Part shown: positions 40,404 to 56,179 of the stretch, one piece after another
Numbering within the stretch: position 1 is the first letter of the stretch
Layout of the letters: each line of letters opens with the position of its first letter
Source: Camelus ferus
Lineage: Eukaryota
DNA: 64,000 nt
NCBI RefSeq assembly: GCF_009834535.1
Contig: NC_045711.1
Location: forward strand, 12,028,001-12,092,000
Direction of reading: 5' to 3'
Position numbers and translations under genes: made by a program
The notes under the pieces: generated by a model
Seen by the model: only the letters and a program-made list of their open reading frames with translations
What the model was told of the DNA's origin: nothing
Database searches by the model: none

Positions 40404-42723
40404 CCTTTATCCTCCTCTTTTACCTCGTCTTCTATGGCTTCCTCACCGCCATGTTCACCCTCACCATGTGGGTGATGCTGCAGACTGTCTCTGACCATAC
40501 CCCCAAGTACCAGGACCGACTGGCCACGCCGGGTGAGTGATGCAGCTCCCCCCACCAGCCACTCTATCTTGTGCCCCCATGCCTCCAAGAGGAACTCACA
40601 GGACGAGAACTCACAGTTCTTCTCAGAGGTTTGGTTCTGATGATCCAGTCGCCGTGTGCTGGGAAGTTCTTCTTGAAGTCTGCCTTCCCATTTCCCACAG
40701 CAGAGAGCTATGTGATCTGGGGAGGTGGCAGATGTTCACAGGAGATCTTCCTCCAGTGGAGATGATCTCAGATCTTCACCCTATCCCTCACCCTGGTTTG
40801 TTCATCGTCTTCCCTCTGTGTGTGGTCCCTCGTCTTATATATGCTTCTCACTCTTGCCTTTATTGGCTAGGCTTGATGATTCGCCCTAAGACTGAGAACC
40901 TTGATGTCATTGTCAACGTGAGTGACACTGAAAGCTGGGACCAGCATGTTCAGAAGCTCAACAAGTTCTTGGAGCGTGAGTGTGGTTCTGATGATATGGC
41001 TGTGCAGGACCTCCGGAAGGGAACTGGGGACCCTGGGATCGGAACATTAGGCCCATGACTCTCTCTCCCCCACCTCCTTAGCTTACAACGACTCCATCCA
41101 AGCCCAAAAGAATGACGTCTGCCGCCCTGGGCGCTATTATGAACAACCAGATAACGGAGTCCTCAACTACCCAAAACGTGCCTGCCAGTTCAACCGGACC
41201 CAGCTGGGCGACTGCTCGGGCATTGGGGACCCCACCCACTATGGTTATAGCACTGGACAGCCCTGTGTCTTCATCAAGATGAACCGGGTACCCAGGACCT
41301 TAGTTCCCAGGGAGAACGGAGGAGGGATCTGGGACCACCATCTGCTGGCAGTTGCTTCCTTTCACTGGGGCTCATGGGCTTTGGGAGATTTTTAGATGTT
41401 TGAGTGGCTGAGAGAACAAGAGAGATGGGGCCATTGATGGCTGAGAGCATGGCTGGAAAGCTGGATACTTATGTCTTTGACAACTTCTTTCTCTAATCCT
41501 CACCACTCTTTCTCCTAACTCCAGGTCATCAACTTCTATGCAGGAGCGAACCAGAGCATGAATGTTACCTGCATGGGGAAGGTGAGTTTGTTGGGCCTTG
41601 TCCACCTGCCCTCCTGTTTGTCCTTCAAGGTTTCCCTGTCATTCACTCATCTCTCCCTATCTCCTTTGCTCCCAGAGGCCCCATCACCATAGGGACAAGG
41701 GGGTAAGAGTGGACTCCAGTATGGCTCCAACCCCAAGGGGCTCCCACCCCTCTTGCTTCTCTCTAGGATACAGAAGCTTGCTCTTTGGTGTGGATAGATA
41801 ACCCCTTCCTGACTCTACCTACCACCTTCTCGCCCTAACCCTTCCATCTTCTCTATTCCCTGACCATGCTTTTCCCTCTCCCTCCCATATCTCTCCTGCC
41901 CCTCTATTCTTTTTAAGTATCTAGTAGCTGCTGATCTGTAAATGCCACCTGCCACCACTAAGTTGTCCTTGGAACCCTGGACCCCCCACCTCTGTCCTCT
42001 CTAGGAACTTTATGCTCCTCTTCAGTCAACCCCCTCTTTCCTTCCTACTGAGTCCTTACTCATTTATCTGTTCTCTCTTGGCTCTGCTCCAGAAACCGAT
42101 TCCTGAGGATGGGGTAAGAATTTGGGGTGGGAGGGCAGTAGGAGGCTTCAGGCTCATTAGCGCCCTTCAGGACTTCCCAGTCCGATGAGAGACGGGACAC
42201 CTCTCCTGCGCACACGCAAACCCACCCGGACTCAGCTCAGGGGAAACGGATTTGAGACAGACTAATTTGGGGTGAAGGAAGAACAGAGGACAGTCTGGAG
42301 AGCTTCTGGGTTCCTGCCATCCCTAATATGCTCTCCCCCACCCTCCTGCGCCCCCACAGCGAGATGAAGATGCCGAGAATCTCGGCAGCTTCGTCATGTT
42401 CCCGGCGAACGGCAACATCGACCTCATGTACTTCCCCTACTACGGCAAAAAGTTCCACGTAAGTCCCGTGGGAGGTGGGGGGCCCCAGGGGAGCGGGGTC
42501 CTGGGGAGGAGGCCTCGTTGCCGCGGGCCTGCACCCTCGCTCTCCTCCCCTGGCCCAGGTGAACTACACGCAGCCCCTCGTGGCCGTGAAGTTCCTGAAT
42601 GTGACCCCTAACGTGGAGGTGAACGTGGAATGCCGCATCAATGCCGCCAACATCGCCACCGACGACGAGCGCGACAAGTTCGCAGGGCGCGTGGCCTTCA
42701 AACTCCGCATCAACAAAACCTGA
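40404..42723 (+). CDS. ATP1B2: Na+/K+-ATPase beta-2 subunit (AMOG); exons 2-7 visible
   Basis: Exons 40404-40532, 40871-40975, 41082-41287, 41525-41581, 42360-42458, 42559-42723, all GT-AG. With a 112-nt exon 1 the total is 873 nt = 290 aa. TM segment [17 protein letters not shown]; YFPYYGK motif; C-terminus [11 protein letters not shown]. Confidence 0.97.
41676..41702 (+). CDS. ATP1B2: Putative 27-nt alternative microexon of ATP1B2 (RPHHHRDKG)
   Basis: Long pyrimidine tract ending TTTGCTCCCAG; phase 0/0; donor GGG|GTAAGA. Confidence 0.65.
42093..42113 (+). CDS. ATP1B2: Putative 21-nt alternative microexon of ATP1B2 (KPIPEDG)
   Basis: Acceptor CTCTGCTCCAG; phase 0/0; donor GGG|GTAAGA. Confidence 0.65.
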
Positions 42724-43092
42724 GACCCCTTCCTCCCGCCCCCACCTCTTTTCCTATGGATGCTTCTGGAATGTCCGCTACCTTGCCTGAGCCCTCCCTC
42801 ACCCACCCCAAAGGTATTTTTTATAACAGAGCTATGGCTTGTCTGAGCCTCGTGCCCCTTTCCTTTACTTCTGAGTGCATTGTGATTCCCTGGCTACACA
42901 CATTCTCCACCACCTTCTTCCCATCCTAGCTCAGTCAGAGACAGGGAGACAAGACCCCAAGATGGTCACAGAGGAAGTAGGAGCCTTTCTAGTTCTGGCA
43001 TAGCAGTGAGTGGGGCATCCTCCCAGCTACCCACCTTCCTGCCCTCTTGTCCTGAGTGAAGGTGCCCACTCTCCCATCCACCCACCTTCTCA

Positions 43093-43094
<2 letters not shown>

Positions 43095-43146
<52 letters not shown>
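43095..43146 (+). repeat. (CA)26 microsatellite in the ATP1B2 3' UTR
   Basis: Perfect dinucleotide run. Confidence 0.97.
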
Positions 43147-43150
<4 letters not shown>

Positions 43151-43194
43151 TCATTTCACCCCTTAGCTTCCAGACATGAATGTGGCATCCTTCT

Positions 43195-43297
43195 TTTTTT
43201 TTTAAACTGAAGTATGGTTGACCTATAACACTACCTTAGTTCCAGGTGCACAGCATAGTGATTTAATATTTCTGTACATTACAAACTGGTCACCACT
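43195..43297 (-). mobile_element. LINE-1 3' end fragment in the ATP1B2 3' UTR
   Basis: TTTTTAAACTGAAGTATGGTTGACCTATAAC...GGTGCACAGCATAGTGATTT. Confidence 0.65.
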
Positions 43298-44323
43298 GTG
43301 GCCCTCCATCCTTCCATTCACTCTGCCACTGTCACCTTCCTCTGTCTCCCACACCTTCTGCCTTGTCTACGACAGTCACTGTCTCGGTGGCTTTTGTCTT
43401 GTCTGGCTCCTCTGGCTGCTCTTCCCCTACTTCTCCATTCCTATTCCCTCCACTGAAAGGGGACCGCTTGTGACTGAGGACAAGGTGGCTCAGTGGCCTT
43501 TTCTCTTTCCTGGCACATCCAGCTTCTGACTGCATGTTGACTGCGTGAGCTGGGAATGAAGGTCTGGAAGAGAAGTCCGTGTTGGTTCTTGAAAGTTCTC
43601 TTCCTGGTCCTTCTTGTCACCCAACTAGGCACTCCTCAGAGGGGCGGGGTTGACCTAGGCTGAATATCCACTTTGTTTTTTCCGACGGCTCCCTTCCCCC
43701 TGTTCCCTTTCCCAGAATATCCTTCAAGTTCTACTTCCCAGGCGCCCTGGGGGAGGGGCAGCCATTTTGGCTGGGTCCCCAGTGGCCACCTTGGAAACGT
43801 CAGCTGGCGACGGGAGGACTCTTCCACCTTATTCCCCTGCGCCCAGATCTGCCCCCACGATCCTCCCTCTGGCTTCTCTTAACAAGTTATCAACTAATCA
43901 CTAACTCCTTCCCTTTCCTCCGCATGCCAGCCTGAAAATTGCAAACACCTCCTCAATCTGAGGCTCTGAGTTTCTTGGCCCTGTCTCCCTCAGACCCCTT
44001 TGCCTTTTTAAACAACCCCCTAGTGCCCACAGAATGTTAAATGAGGGACCGCCTGTGTTCTTGAATTAGAGAGGGATTTTAACTCTTTCTTCCCCCACAC
44101 CCTTCACTTCGTCACCTCCCACTTCCCCTCCTTTTTTTTTTTTTTGATGCTGCAGCTTCCACACCCCACCCACAGATGGACCCTTCCTGTTTTTACTCTT
44201 GCTGGATCTGAGTCTCTTCCCTTTGGGTCCCCATATTTCCCTGCTCTCCCCTCTCCCCAGTGGTCTCTCTCTGCAGTTATTTAATGCCTGTGTCAGATCT
44301 ACTGTAAAAAGAGGATAAAGTAC

Positions 44324-44329
44324 AATAAA
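44324..44329 (+). terminator. ATP1B2 polyadenylation signal AATAAA
   Basis: Hexamer about 1.6 kb after the stop codon. Confidence 0.6.
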
Positions 44330-45188
44330 ATGAGAGCAATTATATATATATAAATATATATCATACATGGACCCCTGCGTGTGGGTTGTTCCTTTCTGAG
44401 CATTTGGAAGATTTCCAGGAAGTGGGTGGAGGGTGGAATTGGGTGACCCGGGGTTACCTAGGCCTTGGGGAGGCTGTTTTCCAGCTTTGACCTCTTCCGT
44501 CCAGTGTCCCAAGCATCTGCCTCCTAGCTCACTCCATCACCTGTACTATCTTGAGATCACCCAACAGAGAGGCAGGAAGTCTGCATCCCTCTGTACAGCG
44601 ATACTTATAAAGTGCCTACTCTGTGCATTCTAGGCACCATGAGGACATACTTATGAGAGAGGCAGAGTTTTTGCCCCCAAGGAGCTCCCCAGTTTAACAG
44701 GAGAGGGGAGGAGCACACAAGAAACTCTCAAACCACGTAGACCTAAACCTACTTCCAGGTGGGGATAAAGCTGGTGAGGACAAAACTTGGAGTGATCAAC
44801 CATTTTTCAGTCTTGGCTTTGAAGGGATTTCTTTCTTAGAGGTTTAAAGGATGGAGTGGTTTTGGGGGAGAGAATAGCATCAGTAAATGCCTACAGACAG
44901 ATGAGGGAAACTGACTAGAAGCAAGAGATCTCAAAACAGTATGAACCATAGCATCCCAGTTTGGTATGTGAAAAAAAAGTACACACACAAGCATAGCAAA
45001 AAAGGATGGATGCGTCTACACAACGTTTATTGTAGTATATGGAGATGGGTTTATAGCTAATTTTTGTTTCCTTGGGGCTTATTTTTGTTTGCAATGAGTT
45101 GGTCTTAGCATTTGCCTTGTAAAAATAGCTTTATTATGCATACATATACACACAATTTTATTATGAATGCATAGTACACATGGGCATA

Positions 45189-45214
45189 CACACACACACA
45201 CACACACACACACA
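45189..45214 (+). repeat. (CA)13 microsatellite
   Basis: Perfect dinucleotide run. Confidence 0.95.
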
Positions 45215-45539
45215 TCACTGGGTTTTGGTCAGTCATACCAAAACTGGATATTATACACAGTTTGCATCTTACTGTTCACTCAATTCCACCTGGCCTGCTA
45301 GAGCTCCTATTCATTTAAAAAAAATGATTGCATAATATTTTTTCGTCCTTCCTTTGTTAATTTATTAGCGCTCCTTGACAGTTGCGGGTATAAACTATTT
45401 TCTGCATTGTAAAATTTACTCCAACTGATTTTACTGTTTATAGTTTTTTTTTTTAATGTTAAAAAGGGGTTTGTTTTTTCATACCATCAAATATGCTTAG
45501 TTATTCTTTTGCAGTCTCTGGTGTTCCAGTCAGTAAGGT

Positions 45540-46043
45540 ATATTCTTATCACTTTTAAAAAATCCATAATTTAGTCCCATTGAATTGAAATGCCAACTTT
45601 GGCCATATAGTACATTTTCCTGTATGCTAAAATCTACTTCTGGATTCACTACTTGCTGCCTGTGGCTTGTTTACCACTCCATACATACACCAAGCCGTAT
45701 TGATCTGATTCCAGTTTTATAGTATGTTTTGATATCTAGCAAGGCAAGTAGGTTTCCCATCCCCCGCACCTTGCTTGGTTTTTTGTTTTTTTTTTTTAAA
45801 CTGTTGGCTATCCTTGGGCACTCACTATTCTCTATAAATTTATAACAAATGTATCCAATTTACAAAAACAAAAGCCATCAACACTTGGGCTTCTAATTGG
45901 AATTGCAATGACTCTTTATTTCAGGAGAATTGAACTTTTTTAGGATATTAAGTTTTCCCACCTAAAAACAGGTTCTCTTTCCTTTTGTTTGCAGCTTGGT
46001 TAATGTCCTTAAATAGATTCTATAGTTTTCTTCATATGGGTTC

Positions 46044-46081
<38 letters not shown>

Positions 46082-46900
46082 TTAAGAAACTTACTACTCA
46101 TCTGAATGGAATATTTTTCATTCTTTTTTTCTCAGTGCTTTTGCAATAAGATAAAATATTTTCTCCTATTCATTTATTTTAATTCCATCAGCTCTCTATT
46201 ATTAACTAAGAAGTCAGTTTTCAGGTACACATTCATATGATCAAAAAGGCAAAGATTTTATATATATAAAATATATATACTTTACCAATTTTTAAAAATC
46301 CTCTTGAGTGCTCTAAAACCGTTGTTAGTGGGCATCCCTGTATAGTTCTTAACATATTGAAAATTGAAATTATCTTAGGGTAATACTGGCATTCCATTAC
46401 TATTTCAACTAATGTTTGTTTTTTTTAAAGGGATGGCTGCTGAAATTTAATCAAATTCCTTTCAGCATCTCTTGATATGATCATATTTTTCTTTCTTAAC
46501 TTGTTAATATAATGAATTATGTTGACAGATTCTCTATTAAATCAACTTTATGCTCCTGGAACAAACCCTACTTGGATAAAAAGATTCATCAGTGTGTTCT
46601 GATACTATTCAGATATTTTGCTTCTCTCTCTATAAGTTAATTTGGCTTCTAGTTTTTTAGTATCTTGATCAGGTTTTATTAGTGAAACCACAATAACTTT
46701 ACATGAAGTGGAGATTTCACTTTTCCTATGGTCCAGAATAGTTTAGATAACGTTGGATCAATTGTCCTTACTTGTTCTTTTTCCCTCCATCAAGCTCTTG
46801 AGTTTTTCTTTTCTTTTTAAAATTTATCTTTTTTAAAGCCCTGCTTTTGAATTTATCCTTTCAAGCAAGTTTGCTTTCTCTCTCAATAATTTATACCTTT
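45540..46900 (-). mobile_element. Highly degenerate ancient LINE-1 fragments between ATP1B2 and TP53
   Basis: AT-rich sequence with reverse L1 ORF2 motifs (TATAGTATGTTTTGATATCTAG...GGCAAG, TTGTTAATATAATGAATTA); boundaries approximate. Confidence 0.6.
46049..46080 (+). repeat. (GT)16 microsatellite
   Basis: Perfect dinucleotide run. Confidence 0.95.
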
Positions 46901-48561
46901 AATTTTTAGGATGTATGCTAGGTTCCTTTATTCTTTTTAAATAAGGAAAGTATTTATGGTTTACATTTTCTTCATTGTACAACTTTTGCTGGCTGTTACA
47001 GATCTGGGGACCCTGTGTTCCTGAAATCAGTTAGATAAATTTTTAAAAATTATTCCAAACTTTAGTGGGACAGGATTTGGGTTCTTCAAGTTTGAGGGCA
47101 GAGGCTATGTCTGCCATGGGCCCCCATGGCCTAGAACAGTGCTGGGCACAAGTAAGGTACCAACCAATATCTGCTGGCTAGATTGTCAGAGGAATGAACA
47201 CAACCAGAGGGAAGGAAGTGAGCAGGTGACCAGAGAGGTCAGGGACTCGTTGGAGGTCACACAGCTTAGTAGAGCTGGCCTGAAAACCCAGGACTAATAG
47301 TTCTCAGCCCAGTAATCTATCAGCTCACAAAGGGATCGGCAGAGCCAGAATGGACCTGCTTTGCAAAGGAGTACAGCAGAAATAAAGTGCTAAAGACATA
47401 CTCTAGAGAAATGTTGAGAGTAGGGGGTGCTGGATGCGGGCCAGAAAGAGAGCGTCAAGGTGACCTGTCTACAGGAGTGAGGCTAGGGAATGAGTTTCAA
47501 GTGCTCTGGTTTGCCAAGGGCCTGGCTGGTGGAGAGAAATGGCGAAGTTAAAGATCTCTGACAGAGGTGGTTCTGGGTCTCCTGGGGAGAGTGTTTGGCA
47601 TTCCCCAGCAAGAGAAAGAAAGGTGGTTTTGAGGTCAAGAAGCTTGGTGGCTTTACAGCTGTCTGGGATCTTCAGGGCATGCCAAGGGACTCCCATGAGC
47701 ACTTTAAGTCAGGTTGAGAGACAGTGGCCCCAGAAGCCCCTTTGGACCTTACTCCCCTCTCTCTGCCTCCAAGGAGGAGGCAGGATGAGCCATGTCCCCG
47801 CTGTCTGGCCATCCCTCCAAGCACTAGCTCAGGCAGCTGGGGGCGATGGGGCAGAGCTTGCCCCCAGCCCCCCTCCCTGGGAGCTGGCAGCACTGAGGAA
47901 CAGAACGGTGGGGGGTGCTGGACTCCCCAGGCTCGGCTCTCCTCCCTACCCCAAGAAGCCCTTTGAAAGGTTTTCCTGGCAGAGTTTAAAGCTTCAATTC
48001 ATTCAACTGGCTGGCATGAGGCCCGGATGAGGGGATGCTGGGAAGGCCCCAGCCCCACATCTCGGCCCTCACCTTAGCCGCCCCCAGCCACCCCCTACTC
48101 TCTCTCCTCATCCAATAGCAGCACCCCCCCTCCCCTTGGGAACCCAGGTATCCTGCCCCTTTCCCGCAGAGCAGATGGCCACCCCAGAGGCTCAGGCTTG
48201 CTAAATCAGACATTTAAATCCCGTAATCCTTGGTGAGAGGCTGAGAGCGGGTAGCAGCCCAATCCTAGAAGCAGGAGCAGGAGAAGACCTTGTGCCAGCC
48301 CTGGCAGGAGGGGAGGGGGACAGTTGGTTGCTGAGTTATGAATGGAGTCACCCCTTCCCTTATTGTCATGCAGCCTGCAGACTGACCCAGTCTCCAGCTT
48401 TTGTTCTCCTCCCGGAACCCGGGCGTTGGCCCCCCCAAACCCACTCCCAGAAGACTCAGGTGGCTGCCTCCCAACCTCACCTCCTCCTTCATCCCTGCCC
48501 TGTGCACCCCAGGTACCCTGCAATGGCACCAATCCCTCAGACGCACTGATGGTAGCAAAGT

Positions 48562-48567
48562 TTTATT
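48562..48567 (-). terminator. TP53 polyadenylation signal AATAAA
   Basis: Minus strand TACAATAAAACTTTGCT, the conserved TP53 3' end context. Confidence 0.85.
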
Positions 48568-48949
48568 GTAAAATAAACTGATATAAAAATGGGATATAAA
48601 AAGGGAAGGGAAGGGGTGCGGGTGATAAATGCAGATGTGCCCTGCAGCGTACAAAAGAAATCTGCCTCAGAATTTGGGGGAAGTAAAACAGATCTTGATA
48701 GATACACCAGAGATGGAATCCTCCAGGGTGTGGGATGGGGGTGAGACCTCCTCTTAGGTGCTGAGGTTCACCAAGAGGTTAGACAGGATTTGGCAGGGCC
48801 AACAGAGAAGGACCTTAGACATCCCCTCCCCTTAACCAGCTGCTCAGTCAGTCACAGAAACTCTCAACCCATCCACTAAAGGGGACATACAACCAGTGCC
48901 CACGAGGGCACTAAGTTCTAGACATCATGTAATAGAAGGTGGCTTTGGG

Positions 48950-49110
48950 GCCAGACACACATTATTTCATTAATCCTCACAACAAACCCCGTGAGGTAGG
49001 TATGATTACCAGCATTTTATAAGTGTCGACAATGAAGTTGGAGAAACTCAACAACTTAATATAGTTTCCCTAGCTAGTATGGTGGAGAACGGGGCTTCCT
49101 ACGCCCGTAT
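48950..49110 (-). mobile_element. MIR remnant in the TP53 3' UTR
   Basis: TCATTAATCCTCACAACAAACCCCGTGAGGTAGGTATGATTACCAGCATTTTATAAG. Confidence 0.65.
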
Positions 49111-49406
49111 ACGGCCGGTTGGAAAACGTTCCTTCCATGCAGGAACACCTTCCTACCTCTCCCAAAGTTCTGCACAGTAAAAACCTTATAAGCTAAGCTA
49201 TAAAGCCTCAGCACCCGCTACATCCCCCTAAAACCACCAGTGCAGGTCAACTTCTTTAGCAGAGCCCGGGCCAAGTAAATGGAAGAATTCCAGAATGTCT
49301 GAGGCACATCTGCACTAAGCAAAGGTCTTAGCACCTGAGTCCCAAAAAATGCCAGGGGAGGGGGATGAGGGCAGGGGTGTCAACAGGGGAAAGGAAGCAG
49401 AAGACG

Positions 49407-52762
<3,356 letters not shown>

Positions 52763-53189
52763 GTCAGCTCCTCAGAAGGCAGTGTGGCCGCTGTGTGGAG
52801 AAATGTGGGGATCTAGCCCAAGATACACGCAACCTGGGTCACCTGGCCCTGAGGCAGGAGGGACTCCCTCCACCCCCTGACTTCCAGAGGAGCAGGGCTG
52901 CTCCTTCATAACTCAGGCTGCGCCTAACCCTCACCACATACTCCCTTGACGGAAAAAGACAACCAGAGAGGAACTTCCAACCTCCCACCATGGAATCCAC
53001 AAGCGCTCCTCAATGTGTACTCTGTTTCTGCACTCCTTTGCTGTCATCAAGATGAAGCAACTCTCAGCCCACTCACTCCATCTGGGGGAAGATACCTCCC
53101 TTGACCCCCACATTCTCCACCCTGTCCTTTAGGACGGCTCCTCATCCCTGCCTTACAAACCCCTCAACCCAGCCCGTCTACCTCTTTGA

Positions 53190-53625
53190 TCTCACTTTCT
53201 AGCACCCTCTCCCTTCTCTGATGCTTGGGCCCCAATGGCTGCCCCTCCCTGCTCATCATACACTCCCCCAGTTCACTTAACTGGTGCTTCCCTCTACTGG
53301 GAACACGGGTCCTGCCATCGCCACAGGCTAAGCTCCTTCTCACTGAGACTTCATTGTCAGTGTCACACCTCAGCCAGGATGTCTTCCCAGACCTCTCAGT
53401 CAAAGCCAGCCAGCCAAACTCTGTCACATTATTTTAGTTCAGGTCACCCGGTTTTAATTCTCAGAGTACATACACTACCTGATACCTTTTCTTGCTCATT
53501 TTGTCAGTTTCCTCCACTGGAATATACACTTCCTCAGGGCAGGGAATTTGTCTTGTTCACCACAGTTACTAGCATAATGCCCTGCACCTGGTCAGGCTCA
53601 GTAACTGTGGTAAATAAGTGAATTG
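53190..53625 (+). mobile_element. LINE-2 remnant in TP53 intron 1
   Basis: L2 body and 3' motifs (CCTCAGGGCAGGGAATTTGTCTTGTTCACC...ATGCCCTGCACCTGG). Confidence 0.55.
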
Positions 53626-53826
53626 TTGTCCAGGCTGTGAGCTGGTTATGAGCAGTCAGGGGAGCAAGGGGGATGGAGGGGTGGCTGCGGCCTGGGCCAG
53701 GGCCCCGCACTGGGCTATGCCACCACCGTCTCATCTCCTAGGCCATTTTTCTTGACGCCAAATTTGTCATCAGCTTTGCTCAAAAACATGCATGCTGCAA
53801 AAGTCCATGTTCGTAATACTTACGGG

Positions 53827-53942
53827 TTTTTTTTTTGGTGGGGGGAGGTTTGTTTTTATTTATTTATTTACAGAGGTACTGGGGATTGAACCTAGGACCT
53901 CCTGCACGGTAAGCAAACTGTACCACTGAGCTATACCTGCCC
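53827..53942 (-). mobile_element. tRNA-derived SINE (Vic-1-like) in TP53 intron 1
   Basis: Minus strand GGTATAGCTCAGTGGTACAG...AGGTTCAATCCCCAGTACCTC with AATAAATAAAT region and A tail. Confidence 0.85.
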
Positions 53943-54639
53943 ACCAACTTTTTTGTCTCAGTGGCATTGACAAACATCCCCCCGGCGAGCAGCTCTTTTC
54001 TAATCGCCCTTAACATTTCACCTGCACCTTTACCTCGATATAGGGCCTGCCTTCTTATGTACTTAGAGTTTGCAAAATCCTTTCATGTGGGTTATCTTAT
54101 CTGTCCCGATAACCAGATAACCACTCTTGCCTCTTGACAGGTGAGTCTCAGAGAAGTTAAGTGACTGGCACGTGGTACACACAGTTGAGTGAAGGCGCTT
54201 TTACGAAAAATGACTGTTCAAATGTCTAGGATTAAGACGCTTACTTCATCACAGACTACTCTGCAGAGCTCTCTTTTGTAATCAGTTAAGCGTGGAGGTG
54301 CAGATTTTAGCTGATGTAAGTCCGCCAACTGAGAGGCTGGCAGAGGGCCACTTATCACAGCTCCCAACGCTGAGGGAGGATGGACTATGATTGTGTATGG
54401 AGGAAGGCTAGAGGGGATAGCAGGGGGACCCCAAACATTTGCCTTGGGGTCAAGGACCAGGGGTCCCCGACCCGCAAGACTGATGATCAAAATAACTTTT
54501 AAGACTTTTATGGAAGGGAGACTCGTGTAAACAGACAGGGCTCAGAAGTCAAGCGCCCTGGGTTGGATGCTGTATTGTCATTTTTTGGTTTGTTTTTGTA
54601 TTGCCATTGAAATTTGCTGCATAACTTCACTTATCTTGA

Positions 54640-54850
54640 AGCTCCCCTGCAGAACACTGGCTCTGGAGCAGATAGGCTAGGTCTGCATCCCAAGTTTACC
54701 AACTATAATAGCTGTGTAACTTTGGGAGGTTGCTTAACCTCTCTGTGCCTTAGTGTCCTTTGCTCTAAAATAGTGCCCTACTTATGAGAAATATCAAGAT
54801 TTGAGAAGACTGCCTAGCACATACTAAGAGCTCAATAAATGCTTCTCTTT
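54640..54850 (+). mobile_element. MIR
   Basis: GGCTCTGGAGCAGA...AGCTGTGTAACTTTGGGAGGTTGCTTAACCTCTCTGTGCCTTAG...GAGCTCAATAAATG. Confidence 0.7.
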
Positions 54851-55224
54851 ACATGATCATTTCAGTTTTGTTTATTCTGTAATATTATTCCAGAGTGAGA
54901 ACTTTGTGAGCGGGTGGGGCTTTTGTGGTCCTGCCTGGGGTTAGTGCTGGTTCGCCTCCCTCAGGCAACTCTGTTCAGTACACATGCCAGGAGGGAGACA
55001 GCTCCTCATTCTTTGGTTAGCAGCTAAATTCTCAATGTTTCTTTCTCTAGGAAACCTTTTCAGAGCAGGTACTTCCCATGGGTACGAACATCCAGGGATC
55101 ATGATGCTAAATTGTCAGAAGCTGAACCAGACCCTCCAAATGGTTGGGGAGGCAGAACATTTACACAGGCAGTCCTTGTGGGAAGGCAACAAATTCAGCT
55201 GGGACTCGCAGGAGGGGCAGGTTT

Positions 55225-55400
55225 GACCACTATCATAACAATGGCTGCTGTTTATATAGATCCTAACCGTGCCCTCAGCTTTCAGCGGCTTATCTCATTA
55301 ATCCTCTCAAAAAGTCAGTATGGTAGGTACTATCATCAGAGGAGAGAACTGAGGTTAAAAGAATTAAGTCACTTACCCAGGCTCAGAAAGCCCCCAAGGG
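55225..55400 (-). mobile_element. MIR
   Basis: ATCTCATTAATCCTCTC...GGTAGGTACTATCATC...GAGAACTGAGGTTAAAAGAATTAAGTCACTTACCCAGG. Confidence 0.65.
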
Positions 55401-56179
55401 GCAGGGCCAAAGATGTGCACCTGGGCTGTCTGAAGCCACACCCAAGTTCTAAATAATTGTGCTTGACTGACTTCACCCAGAGTCTGGTGTTTAAAAAAAA
55501 TTTTTTTTCGGGGGGGGGGTGCTGAAAACTGTGATTGGGAAAGAAAAATTGATTCTGGGAAGAAATAAGGCAGCGTCTGGTAACACTGAAAACACATCTT
55601 ACTACTCAGCAAAACCACTTCTAGGTGGACTCCTTAGAAAAAAGGTTGCATGGGCAGCAAGAGTTGCACGAAAACGTTCATGTCATAGTTGCTCTTAAGG
55701 GAGGATGACAAGAAACCACCTTACTATTCCCTTCAGTAGGGAATAGGTAAACGACACGTGGTGTAGTCACTTACAAGAGAAATTTACTACAGCAGTTTCA
55801 GGAAATGAATTTATATGTGTATGTGTAAGCAGATGTAGCTCAGAAATGTTGGGTGAAAATATAATTCGCAAGAAACAAAGCAAAACACAATAATAGAAGT
55901 AGGTTATGGAAATTAAAAATATAAAACGACGATTGCTTATTAATTTACACACACACACACACAAGTATGGCAGATAGGCAAGAAGAATAAAAATTCACAA
56001 AACCTATGGTAGTGATGGTCCAGGGACAGGAGGGGATGTCTGCTTATGGCACTGGGGATCTAATCAAAGAATTTTTAGCTTTATTAACAAAGAAAAACTT
56101 AAAAACTATTTGGTGGGGATATATGTTATGTTACTATTGTACCTGTTTGTACCTGTTTATTTTCTTAAAATAAAAAAAA

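Noticed and set aside
48202-48229. TAAATC/TAATCC cluster as a possible CRX/OTX enhancer for ATP1B2
   Set aside because: Only one true TAATCC; too weak without conservation data.
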